A DNA stretch of 64,000 nt from an uncultured bacterium (GCA_964652255.1 CAZZBM010000001.1:440920-504919); one strand, 5' to 3'. Positions 9,131 to 18,286 are shown, counted from the stretch's first letter. Notes: a model not told the origin generated them from the letters alone. Program-made: numbers and translations.

Positions 9131-9588
9131 TAGCTTTAATGTTTTTTTGTGTTCTTGTGGTTTTATTCTCTATGAATATGCTTTATTTGGTTCTTTCTTT
9201 GTTATCTTTATTTTTTCTTTTAGCTGGTTACTATCTTTTAATGGGGATAGAATTCTTAGGAATTGTTCAATTAATGGTTAATCTTGGTGGTGTAGTGGTT
9301 TTAGTTTTATTTACTATTTTTCTTACTAAACAAGAGGGTTTAGAAGCTTTTAAATCATTAAAAAGATCTTTAAAACAATATATTTTTGGTTTTTTTATAG
9401 CAAGTTCAGTGATGATTCCTGTTATAAAAGTAGTTCTTGTTCGGGAAGGAGAATTTTTAAATTATCCTTTAGAAGTTTTAGGTCAGTATCTTATTACAGA
9501 TTATTTAATTCCTTTTGAAATTTCTTCTTTTCTTTTACTAGGAACTTTAATAGCAGCTGCCACATTAGCAAGAGGAGTTAAAACTTGA
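9118..9588 (+). CDS. nuoJ: NADH-quinone oxidoreductase subunit J
   Basis: Start placed at ATG 9118 (MVFLIALMFF...), which overlaps the nuoH stop. The track start at 9028 lies inside nuoH. The NuoJ-like core is GIEFLGIVQLMVNLGGVVVLVLF. Confidence 0.8.
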   Translation: MVFLIALMFFCVLVVLFSMNMLYLVLSLLSLFFLLAGYYLLMGIEFLGIVQLMVNLGGVVVLVLFTIFLTKQEGLEAFKSLKRSLKQYIFGFFIASSVMIPVIKVVLVREGEFLNYPLEVLGQYLITDYLIPFEISSFLLLGTLIAAATLARGVKT

Positions 9589-9878
9589 TGTTGTATTTAG
9601 GTTTTTTTTTTTTCTTTTTTGGTTTGGTGTTATTTTTTTCAAGAAGATCACTTCTCACTATGATTTTTGCTTTAGAATTTTTATTTATTAGTAATATTTT
9701 AACTTTTACTCACTACAGCACTTTTGTTACAAAGGATGCTGGTGGCATTGTTTTTAGCTTATTTATTTTACTTGTAGGAGCTAGTAAAGCAGCCTTAGCT
9801 TTGTCTTTTTTAATTCAATTTTATCATTTAAATAAAGATGATCTTAAAGAAGGTCTTCAGATAGGAGAATTAGAATGA
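9588..9878 (+). CDS. nuoK: NADH-quinone oxidoreductase subunit K
   Basis: About 96 aa with 3 TM segments and the conserved Glu in FALEFLF. There is a TGATG junction with nuoJ; TTG at 9585 is an alternative start. Confidence 0.8.
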   Translation: MLYLGFFFFFFGLVLFFSRRSLLTMIFALEFLFISNILTFTHYSTFVTKDAGGIVFSLFILLVGASKAALALSFLIQFYHLNKDDLKEGLQIGELE

Positions 9879-11536
9879 TTCTTCTCTATCTTTTAAGCCA
9901 AACTCTTGTTTTTCTTTTGCCAAGATTTTCTTTTGTTTTTTCTTTTTTCCACTTAGGCTTTATTTTTTATCTCATAAATCATCATGGTCTCTATGAATTT
10001 TCTTGGCTTCAGTTAGAAGATATGAATCTGACCATGATTCAAATTGTAGATAGATTATCTTTAATGACAGCTTTTATGACTCAAAGTATTGGTCTTTGCG
10101 TTCAGTTTTTTAGTTTGTATTATTTTGAAAAGCCTGATTCTTTTTTAAAGAAAGTTCATTTTTTTATTGTTTCTATGTTAGCTCTGATTTTTTCTGGAAA
10201 TTTTTTACAAACATTTATTTCTTGGGAGATTATGGGTTTTTGCTCTTATCTTCTTATTGGTTACTATCAAGAAAGATTTGAAGCAGGTGCAGCTTCTTTT
10301 AAAGCTTTTTTTCTTAATAAAATAGGAGATGTTTTTTTTCTTTTAGCAATTGCACTGATTCTTTATTATGTAAAAGATTTAAACTTTTTATCTTTTCATG
10401 AATCTCAATCTTTTTTACAAGGAAAGAGCTTAAGATGGTTTTCTCTCTCGGATTTTATAGGACTTTGTTTTTTGATTGCTGTTTTTTCTAAATCAGCCCA
10501 GCTTATTTTTTTTATTTGGCTTCCTGATGCTATGGTGGGACCAAGTCCAGCTTCAGCTCTTATTCATGCAGCAACTATGGTTGCGGCTGGGGTTTATTTT
10601 CTTTTAAGACTAGAGTCTTTTTTTGTGCCATGGCAAGATTTAATTCTAGGGGTTGCTCTTGTAACTAATCTTGTGGCTTCTTTTCTAGGAATTTTTCAAG
10701 AAAAACTTAAAGCTATCTTAGCTTATTCTACTATTTCACAATTAGCTATGATGTTTTTAGCTTTAGGTTTAGGTGTTTATGAAATTGCTTTTATTCATTT
10801 AATTACTCATGCCTTTTTTAAGGCAGGTTTGTTTTTAACAGCAGGAGCTATTATCCATGAAAGAGAAGAAGAAGATCTTAATAGATTAGCTTGTTTGCAT
10901 AAAAGCCATCCTTTTCTCTTTGCTCTCTTTTCTTTTTTCTCTCTTGCTCTCATGGGATTTCCTTTATTTGGAGCTTTCTATTCAAAAGAAATGCTATTAG
11001 AAATACTTTATCCAAGTTGGATTTTTTATATTTTTTTAATTTCATTGTTTTTAACAAATTTTTATGTTTTTAAGGTCTTTTTTTCTTTTATTCAAAAAGA
11101 CAATATTCAGCCAAAAAAAGAAAGCTTTGCTTTTTTCAAAGGTTTTCCTTTGATTTTTTTGGCTGTTTTTTCCCTTAGTTTTTGGATGATTAAATTTTTT
11201 TCTATTAAACATGTTTCTTGGTTTTTCTTTTCAGTGAGTTTTTCCTTAATACTTTTAGCTATCCCCGGAGCTTATTTTTTAAGAGAATTGAAAGAATATA
11301 CTTTTATAAGAAGAAAATTTTTTTTAGATACTTTTTATGAAAAGATTTTAGAAACTATTTCATGGATAGGATCTGTGGTGCAAAAAAAAGAAGAATGGGT
11401 GGATGCTTTTTTTCTTCTTCCTGAAAGAATTCTTTTCTTTGTTAAGCATCTTTTTTTCTTTGCAAGGGGAGTAAATTTTCATCAACCTCTTGGCTTTATA
11501 GCTTTTATTTTAATTTTATTATATTTTTTTATATGA
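9875..11536 (+). CDS. nuoL: NADH-quinone oxidoreductase subunit L
   Basis: Antiporter-like subunit with WEIMGFCSYLLIGY and SAQLIFFIWLPDAMVGPSPASALIHAATMV. The C-terminal lateral-helix-like segment is present. ATGA overlap with nuoK. Confidence 0.9.
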   Translation: MILLYLLSQTLVFLLPRFSFVFSFFHLGFIFYLINHHGLYEFSWLQLEDMNLTMIQIVDRLSLMTAFMTQSIGLCVQFFSLYYFEKPDSFLKKVHFFIVSMLALIFSGNFLQTFISWEIMGFCSYLLIGYYQERFEAGAASFKAFFLNKIGDVFFLLAIALILYYVKDLNFLSFHESQSFLQGKSLRWFSLSDFIGLCFLIAVFSKSAQLIFFIWLPDAMVGPSPASALIHAATMVAAGVYFLLRLESFFVPWQDLILGVALVTNLVASFLGIFQEKLKAILAYSTISQLAMMFLALGLGVYEIAFIHLITHAFFKAGLFLTAGAIIHEREEEDLNRLACLHKSHPFLFALFSFFSLALMGFPLFGAFYSKEMLLEILYPSWIFYIFLISLFLTNFYVFKVFFSFIQKDNIQPKKESFAFFKGFPLIFLAVFSLSFWMIKFFSIKHVSWFFFSVSFSLILLAIPGAYFLRELKEYTFIRRKFFLDTFYEKILETISWIGSVVQKKEEWVDAFFLLPERILFFVKHLFFFARGVNFHQPLGFIAFILILLYFFI

Positions 11537-12864
11537 TGGTATTTTATGCTTATCTTTTTTCTCCTCTTTTAATGGCTCTTGTTTATCTTATTGGTCAAAT
11601 CAAAGAGAAAAAATTTTTTTTTATCTATCAGCTTCTTTGTTTAGTAACTTTTCCTTTTATTTTTTTTCTTTTTCAAGATCAATCTCTTTTTTTTCGTGAT
11701 GGAGTAAGCTTTCTTTTTTCTTTTTTATTAGAAATTCTTCTTATTTTTACTCTAGGTTTAACAAAAAAAAGATCAAATTCTTTTTTTATTCTTTTAGCTC
11801 TTCTTAAGTTTTTTACCTTAATTTTATTTTTTATTAAACATGCTCTTTTATTTTATCTTTGTTGGGAATTTAGTCTTATCCCTCTTTATTTTATCATTGG
11901 TTTTTATGGAGAAGAGAAAAGAATAGAGGCAGCACAAAAATTTTTTCTTTATATGGTCATCAGTTCTTTACCTATGTTAATAGCCTTAATTGATTTCTCA
12001 TTGCTTTCACAAACATTTATGATTAATCAATTAAAGACTCAGACAGATCACCATACTTGGTTGTTTTATGGGTTTTTAATTGCTCTCCTAGTTAAACTTC
12101 CCTTAGTCCCTTTTCATCGTTGGTTGACCATGGCTCATGTTCATGCTCCTATGGAAGGATCTATCCTTTTAGCCGGTATTTTTTTAAAACTGGCTGGTTT
12201 TCTTTTTTTTAGATTTATTCAACCTTTTTTTTCAAAAGAATGGTTGGCTCATCAAAATCTTTTTTTTATATGGGGTTTATTTTCTTTTCTTTATGTAGCT
12301 CTCGCTGCTTCTAGAGAAATGAAACTAAAAAGAATTATTGCCTATGCTTCTATTGGACATATGAGTTATATTTTTATGGGATTGGTAGCTTTTACTTCTC
12401 TATCTATCAAGATGAGTCTTTTTCAGATGGTTAATCATGCATTTTCTAGTGCCTTGCTTTTTGCTTGTGTAGGGTTTTTAAAAAATAGCTTAAAGACTGA
12501 TCAGCTAGACGGTTCTTTTCAAGGATTATTAAAGACATTTCCTCTTTTAGGAGTATTCTTTTTATTTTCTCTTTTTGCTTCTTTAGGTCTTCCTGGTTTT
12601 GGTAACTTTATAGCAGAATTCTTTCTTCTAAAAGAATTTATTCAGTTTATTCCTCATGCTTTATTATTTATCTTGTTAGGATTTATACTAACAACTTTTT
12701 ATCATTTAAGACCTGTTAAAAAAGTCTTTTTTGGCCCCAAGAAAGAAGAATTCCAAGATCTTTCTTTAGAAGAGGGTTTTTATTTTGGGCTTTTATTAGT
12801 TTTACTCATCATGGTAGGATTTTATCCTCAGGTATTTTTTAACTTATGCTCTCTTTATTTTTAA
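11533..12864 (+). CDS. nuoM: NADH-quinone oxidoreductase subunit M
   Basis: Motifs WEFSLIPLYFIIGFYG and KLPLVPFHRWL. ATGA overlap with nuoL. Confidence 0.9.
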   Translation: MMVFYAYLFSPLLMALVYLIGQIKEKKFFFIYQLLCLVTFPFIFFLFQDQSLFFRDGVSFLFSFLLEILLIFTLGLTKKRSNSFFILLALLKFFTLILFFIKHALLFYLCWEFSLIPLYFIIGFYGEEKRIEAAQKFFLYMVISSLPMLIALIDFSLLSQTFMINQLKTQTDHHTWLFYGFLIALLVKLPLVPFHRWLTMAHVHAPMEGSILLAGIFLKLAGFLFFRFIQPFFSKEWLAHQNLFFIWGLFSFLYVALAASREMKLKRIIAYASIGHMSYIFMGLVAFTSLSIKMSLFQMVNHAFSSALLFACVGFLKNSLKTDQLDGSFQGLLKTFPLLGVFFLFSLFASLGLPGFGNFIAEFFLLKEFIQFIPHALLFILLGFILTTFYHLRPVKKVFFGPKKEEFQDLSLEEGFYFGLLLVLLIMVGFYPQVFFNLCSLYF

Positions 12865-14108
12865 CTCACTTAAGTTTTTGCTTACCAGAACTAAGCTTGA
12901 TTATTCTTATCTCTACTGTTCTTTTTATTGAGTCTAGTTATGAAGACTCAGAAAAGAAAAGATATTTTTTAGATATTTTTACAGCCTCTAGCCTTTTTAT
13001 TTCTATTGTTCTCCTTTTTATGTCTTTATCTTTAGACAAAGTTTTATTTTCTCAAACTTATTTTTTAAATTCTCAAACACAGTCTGTTAAAATTTTTTTT
13101 ATTATAGCTTTCTTGGGAATATTTTCTTTTAACAGAAGTAAAAGCCAAGGTGAATCTTTGATTTTATCTCTGATCCTCCTTTTAGGAGCTTGTATTTTAA
13201 TTTCTTCAAGGCATTGGTCTATGACTTATCTCTCAATAGAAATGATGAGTTTTATGGCTTACGCTCTTGTTGCTTTCAAAAAAACAAGAGGAGCTTTAAA
13301 AGCTGCTTTTAAATATTTTTTTTTTGGAAGCCTTGCTTCAGGATTATTTTTATTGGCACTAGCTCATCTTTATGGAATTACAAAAACTCTACATTATGTA
13401 CCATTAACTGAAGCTACATCTTATTTAAATCATTTACTCTATTTTTCTCTTTTTATGAAAATGTCGCTGATTCCTTTTCATTACTGGTCCTTGGAGGTTT
13501 ATTTAGAAAGTGAAGTTTTTGTTCAATATCTTTTTCAATTAATTCCTAAAGCAGCTTTAATTTTTTTATTTTATAATTTGCAAAAAGTTATTCCTTTAAA
13601 TAAAGATTTTTTAATTTATTTTTTAGCCTTCCAATTATTTTTAGGTCCTTATGTCTTCTCAAGAGAATCTTCCTTAAGAAGAGTCCTTTCTGGGTATTCT
13701 TTTTTAAGTACAGCTTTTATGCTTACTCTTTTTAACTCAGAGTCTTATTTTAAACCTCTTCTTTACTCTCTTTATGTCTTAATTCCTTCTTATTTGATTC
13801 TTTTTCAAGAAAGATCTTCAACAATTCACTCCTTTATTGTTTTTTTTGCAGTACTCTCTTTAATAGGATTACCTCCTTTTGGAGGTTTTTTTGTGAAATG
13901 GATTTTTATTAAAGAATTACTTTTACAAAAAAACTTCTTGTTAGTGTCTTCTGTTGTTGGACAATCTCTTGGGTTGATTTATATTTTTTACCCAAGATTT
14001 AAAAAAAAACTTTTTTCAAATCAAGTCTGGCTTTTGGGTTTAGAAGAAATTAAAATGGTTGTTTACCTTCTTGTTATAACTCTTATAGGCTTTTTTGCTC
14101 CCTTATGA
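12846..14108 (+). CDS. nuoN: NADH-quinone oxidoreductase subunit N
   Basis: Motifs YLSIEMMSFMAYALVAF and KMSLIPFHYWS. Polytopic membrane protein of 420 aa. Confidence 0.85.
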   Translation: MLSLFLTHLSFCLPELSLIILISTVLFIESSYEDSEKKRYFLDIFTASSLFISIVLLFMSLSLDKVLFSQTYFLNSQTQSVKIFFIIAFLGIFSFNRSKSQGESLILSLILLLGACILISSRHWSMTYLSIEMMSFMAYALVAFKKTRGALKAAFKYFFFGSLASGLFLLALAHLYGITKTLHYVPLTEATSYLNHLLYFSLFMKMSLIPFHYWSLEVYLESEVFVQYLFQLIPKAALIFLFYNLQKVIPLNKDFLIYFLAFQLFLGPYVFSRESSLRRVLSGYSFLSTAFMLTLFNSESYFKPLLYSLYVLIPSYLILFQERSSTIHSFIVFFAVLSLIGLPPFGGFFVKWIFIKELLLQKNFLLVSSVVGQSLGLIYIFYPRFKKKLFSNQVWLLGLEEIKMVVYLLVITLIGFFAPL

Positions 14109-16633
14109 TTGAACCTACTGTTAAGATCAGAAAGAAAAAGGCTGTTAAAGATCAAGAAAAAACAAAAATTGCTAAAAAACAAGAACAAATCAATGAAGTT
14201 ATTATTGATGACAGAACTAAAGAATTTGGAGTTGGTGAAAAAAAGCTTTTTGATATCTTAAGAAGAAAAGCTAGATTAAAACCTGTTCATGTTGTTAAGA
14301 AAAGTTCTATAAAATACTGGGTAACTGTTGTTACTGTTGTTGTTTCTTTATTGCTTCTTTATCCAGGAGATAATTTTTCTTTTAAAGACATTTCATTTTC
14401 TATACCTTTAGAAAAAAATTTAGACAAAAAAAAATCACAAAACCTTTATGTTCAGTCCTTGGCTCTTTTAAAAAAAGATAGGTCTTTAAAGGGTTTTTAC
14501 GAAGTTCAAAAAATACTTTCTGAAGCCTTAAGCTATGATCCTTATAATAAAGATATTAAGTCCCTTTATTTAAAAATCTGGTCTAAATTAATTGGTCATC
14601 TAGAAAATGATCGGTCTTTGAAAGAGTATTTTGAATATTTAAATACTGTAAATCTTTTAGATTCGCCTAGATATGTTTATTCTCAAGTAAAACTTTATTT
14701 TTATTATGAAAAATACTTTGCAGCTATTAAAATTCTTGAAGAAAGTAGTTTTTTAAAATTAGATCATGAAGAAGAATTAAAAGCCTTATTGGTGGAAGCT
14801 TATTTGAGAGGTGGTTTTTTTGATAGAGCGAAAGAGTTATTTGCAAGTATTCAGGATTTAAATCATTATGATGTTTTAAAGACTAAGGTTTTTTATTATG
14901 ATTTTTTCAATGAAGAAAAGATGCTTAAAAAAAGTTTACAGGAATCTTTAGATCTTTATCCTAATGATAAATTTTTTCAGTTAAAAAAATGTGACTTTTT
15001 TTTAGAAAAAAAAGAAATTCTTAAGTTAGAAGATTGTTTAAAGAATACTATTTCTACAAAATTTGAAGGATCATTTTTTTATGAAGCTCAATATTTAAAG
15101 TTAAAAGGTTTTTTATTTTTATTAAAGGGGAATTTACGCGAAGGAGAAAAGAATCTAAGTGAATCTTTAAGAATAAGAAAAGATGATGATTTGTATAAAA
15201 GAGTTCTTTCTTTTAAGGCTTCAAAAAAAGAAGAAAAAAGTCTTTTTGATTTAATTTTAGTGGCTAAAAAACAAACACTTTTTATGAGAATCAATGAAGC
15301 TCTTGAAAAAAAAGATTTTTATCTAGCCACTAATCTTCTTTTGGATTTTGATAAGATTGGTGAAGAAAAATATGTTACTTTTTTTGAATCTAGAATTCTT
15401 CTAGAACAAGGGTTTTTTGATTTAGCTACTCAAAAAATTGAAGAGCTTTATATTAAGAATAAAAAAGATGAAGAAACCTTAGAAATTTATCTTGAGACTC
15501 TTCTAAAAACAAAAAGATATAAAATGCTTTTAAAAATTCTTGCTGAATATAAAAATACTTTAGGAAGAGAAAATCTTAAAATAACACAATTAGAAGCTCA
15601 AGCTTCTTTCTTTCTAGATCAGTTAAAGAAATCTTTTCAGTTATTTCAATCTTTATCTGAGATAAAATTTTTCAATGAAGATTATTTACTCTTTCAGGGA
15701 AAAATTCTTTTTAAAAGAAAAAAATTTCAAGAGGCAAAAAAAATTCTTAATAAGGCTTTGAAGATTAATCCTTTAAATAAAGAGATTTACTCTCTTTATT
15801 CTCAAATTATTTATGAAGTGGATGGGGTTAAAGAAGCCATAGGGTATCTTTTAACTTTATCAGAGGATCTTAAAAAATCATCACTTCTAATGGCTCAATT
15901 AGCTTCTTTCTATTATAAAATAGGTGATCTCTCTTCTTTTAATTACTATAAAAAAGAATTAAATGAAAAAGAAGAAAAAGAAGAGTTTCTTTATGATTTT
16001 TTACTTAATGAAAGTATTCTCATGTCAGAGGTTGATAAAATTAAAAAGATTATTGATGAAATGATTTTTCTTTTTCCAAAAAGAATTGAATTATTTTTGT
16101 TAAAAGCAAAGATTTTTTATCAAGAAAAAAACTATGAAGAAGCTAAGAGAAATCTTTCTTTGTTAGAAAAGAAATTTTCTTATTTTCCTGAGATGTTTTT
16201 GTTAAAAGCTAAGATTTATTTTGAAGAAAATAATTTTGAAGAGGCTTTGAAAGTTTTAGACCTAGAAGAGAAGAAAAATTTTTTACAATCAAGTATAGCT
16301 TCTTTAAGAGGTCACATTTATCTTAAAATGAATCAAGTAGAATTGTCTGAAAAATCTTTTAAAAAATCCCTCGAACTAAACCCTACGGATCTTGAGGCTC
16401 TTTTAGGCATGGGTGAAATTTCTGAGATTAAAAAAGATTATTCTTGGGCTCTTACCATCTATCAAAAGATTCTATCTTTAGATCCTTCCCAAATTGAAAT
16501 TTACAAGAAAAGAGGAGAGGTTTATTTAAAAATGGGACATAAAAGTACAGCTATAAAGGATTTTGAAACCTATTTAGATCTCAAGGGAAAAGAATCTGAG
16601 GCTGTACAAAAAATTCTTTTAGAATTAAAGTAA
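14105..16633 (+). CDS. Membrane-anchored TPR-repeat protein (842 aa)
   Basis: Lys-rich N-terminus, one TM segment (YWVTVVTVVVSLLLLY), then many TPR-like repeats, for example ALKINPLNKEIYSLYSQI and SLELNPTDLEALLGMGEI. ATGA overlap with nuoN. Confidence 0.6.
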   Translation: MIEPTVKIRKKKAVKDQEKTKIAKKQEQINEVIIDDRTKEFGVGEKKLFDILRRKARLKPVHVVKKSSIKYWVTVVTVVVSLLLLYPGDNFSFKDISFSIPLEKNLDKKKSQNLYVQSLALLKKDRSLKGFYEVQKILSEALSYDPYNKDIKSLYLKIWSKLIGHLENDRSLKEYFEYLNTVNLLDSPRYVYSQVKLYFYYEKYFAAIKILEESSFLKLDHEEELKALLVEAYLRGGFFDRAKELFASIQDLNHYDVLKTKVFYYDFFNEEKMLKKSLQESLDLYPNDKFFQLKKCDFFLEKKEILKLEDCLKNTISTKFEGSFFYEAQYLKLKGFLFLLKGNLREGEKNLSESLRIRKDDDLYKRVLSFKASKKEEKSLFDLILVAKKQTLFMRINEALEKKDFYLATNLLLDFDKIGEEKYVTFFESRILLEQGFFDLATQKIEELYIKNKKDEETLEIYLETLLKTKRYKMLLKILAEYKNTLGRENLKITQLEAQASFFLDQLKKSFQLFQSLSEIKFFNEDYLLFQGKILFKRKKFQEAKKILNKALKINPLNKEIYSLYSQIIYEVDGVKEAIGYLLTLSEDLKKSSLLMAQLASFYYKIGDLSSFNYYKKELNEKEEKEEFLYDFLLNESILMSEVDKIKKIIDEMIFLFPKRIELFLLKAKIFYQEKNYEEAKRNLSLLEKKFSYFPEMFLLKAKIYFEENNFEEALKVLDLEEKKNFLQSSIASLRGHIYLKMNQVELSEKSFKKSLELNPTDLEALLGMGEISEIKKDYSWALTIYQKILSLDPSQIEIYKKRGEVYLKMGHKSTAIKDFETYLDLKGKESEAVQKILLELK

Positions 16634-16639
16634 GGCTCC

Positions 16640-17893
16640 ATGATTGATTTAAAACTTTTTTTTCAAGAAGAAGAGCGTTTAAAACCCTTGCTTTTAACTA
16701 GAGGAGTAAGTGAAGAAGATCTTTTGTTATTAAAAGATGTCGTAGAGAAAAAACGTTTGGTGAATAAAAAACTACAAGAACTTCAAGCTGAAATGAATCA
16801 GAAAACAAAAGAGTTAGGGGTTTTAAAAGCAAAAGATCCTGAAGGCTTTCAACAAAGTCAGATAGTTTTAAAAAAATTAAAAGAAGAACTTCAGCTTGCT
16901 GAAAAAGAATTTGAACAATTTTACACTCAAGAGTTAAATCTTGCTCTAAGAATTCCCAATATCCCCTTAGCGGATACCCCTAAAGGATTAGATGAAACTA
17001 ATAATGTTGTTTTAGAGGAAAGAGGTCTTATTCCAACTTTTCATTTTCCGATTAAGGATCATATTGATCTTGGTGAATCTTTAGGGTTGTTAAACTTTGA
17101 ACAATCTAGAAAATTATCTGGAGCTAGATTTTCTGTTCTTTATGGTGATTTAGTAAAACTAGAAAGAATACTCATTCATTTTATGATGGAAGAACATAAG
17201 AAAATGGGGTTTCAAGAAGTCAGTGTCCCTCTTTTAGTCAGAGAGGAAGCTTTGAAAGGAACAGGACAGTTACCAAAATTTAAGGAAGATCTTTTTAAAA
17301 TTGAAAATCATGATTTTTATCTGATTCCAACAGCAGAAGTCCCCTTAACTAATCTTTATCAAGATGAGCACTTGGAGAACTTACCTAAAAGATTTGTTGC
17401 AGCCACTTCTTGCTTTAGAAGTGAAGCGGGAAGCTATGGAAAAGATACTAAGGGTCTTATTCGTCAGCATCAATTTTACAAAGTAGAGCTGATGACTTTT
17501 ACCACACCAGAAAAATCGGAAGAAGAATTTAATCTCATTTTAAATAGTGCTTGTCATATTCTTGATCTTTTAGAATTACCTTATCGTTTAGTGAGACTTT
17601 GTACAGGGGATTTAGGCTTTTCTTCAGCTAAAACTATTGATTTAGAAGTTTATCTTCCTTCTCAAAAAACTTACAGAGAAATTTCATCGGTTTCTTTATT
17701 TACGGATTTTCAAGCTAGAAGAATGAATACAAGAGTGAAAGAAGGTGGATTTGTCTATACTCTCAATGGGTCAGGGTTAGCAGTGGGAAGAACTCTCTTG
17801 GCTATCTTAGAAAATTATCAATTAGAAGATGGATCTATTAAAGTTCCCAAGGCGCTTAGGGATCTTATGGGGAAAAAAATTATTACTTTCTGA
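16640..17893 (+). CDS. serS: Seryl-tRNA synthetase
   Basis: N-terminal coiled coil plus class II motifs FRSEAGSYGKDTKGLIRQHQFYKVE and NGSGLAVGRTLLAILENY. Confidence 0.95.
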   Translation: MIDLKLFFQEEERLKPLLLTRGVSEEDLLLLKDVVEKKRLVNKKLQELQAEMNQKTKELGVLKAKDPEGFQQSQIVLKKLKEELQLAEKEFEQFYTQELNLALRIPNIPLADTPKGLDETNNVVLEERGLIPTFHFPIKDHIDLGESLGLLNFEQSRKLSGARFSVLYGDLVKLERILIHFMMEEHKKMGFQEVSVPLLVREEALKGTGQLPKFKEDLFKIENHDFYLIPTAEVPLTNLYQDEHLENLPKRFVAATSCFRSEAGSYGKDTKGLIRQHQFYKVELMTFTTPEKSEEEFNLILNSACHILDLLELPYRLVRLCTGDLGFSSAKTIDLEVYLPSQKTYREISSVSLFTDFQARRMNTRVKEGGFVYTLNGSGLAVGRTLLAILENYQLEDGSIKVPKALRDLMGKKIITF

Positions 17894-18092
17894 GCTTGTC
17901 TTTAATGTTTGATGAGGTAGTCGTTAAGTGGATTTTACGCTTATTTAATGAGACTTAAATGAAAAATTTCCTGTAACAAGAGTTCTAGAAAAGCCAAGGG
18001 GAAGATATTCATGCTATAAGGTAAATGTACCAGTTGAGCACGCTCGAACTATAGATAAAATTGAAAAAGGAGCTAATAATCTAGAAATAGGA

Positions 18093-18121
18093 TTGCCAAA
18101 AATAAGACTCATCGATTATAA
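18093..18121 (+). promoter_or_regulatory. Sigma70-like promoter for tRNA-Ser(UGA)
   Basis: TTGCCA (18093-18098), a 17-nt spacer, then TTATAA (18116-18121). The -10 element ends 10 nt before the mature tRNA 5' end. Confidence 0.4.
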
Positions 18122-18131
18122 AGACAATTTA

Positions 18132-18222
18132 GGAAGACTGGTCGAGTGGTTTAAGGCAGCAGTTTTGAAAACTGTCGTAGGTGATGAGCCTACCGGGGGT
18201 TCGAATCCCTCGTCTTCCGCCA
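18132..18222 (+). tRNA. tRNA-Ser (anticodon UGA), CCA encoded
   Basis: Manual cloverleaf fold. The acceptor stem is GGAAGAC/GTCTTCC. The anticodon stem GCAGT/ACTGT carries the loop TTTGAAA. There is a long variable arm, a T-arm with GGTTCGAATCC, and GCCA at the 3' end. Confidence 0.9.
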
Positions 18223-18286
18223 ACAATAAAATTCTCTCTTTTGTGCAAGCTTTTGCTTGATCTTTAAAAACAAGATATTATCAAGT

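Noticed and set aside
9586-9588. Possible alternative genetic code (TGA read as Trp or Gly), considered because of the extreme AT content and the very short N-termini bounded by upstream TGA codons.
   Set aside because: TGA terminates nuoJ, nuoK, nuoL and nuoN at the expected protein lengths, in ATGA/TGATG coupling junctions. Long conserved genes (uvrA, mfd, lon, accC, ftsZ) are uninterrupted under the standard code. Code 11 fits.
16634-16639. T-box or other leader riboswitches upstream of serS and of the TyrRS-like operon (19672-19760).
   Set aside because: The serS upstream gap is 6 nt and the TyrRS-like upstream gap is 89 nt. Both are far too short for a T-box leader of about 200-300 nt. 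No specifier or antiterminator-like structure was seen.
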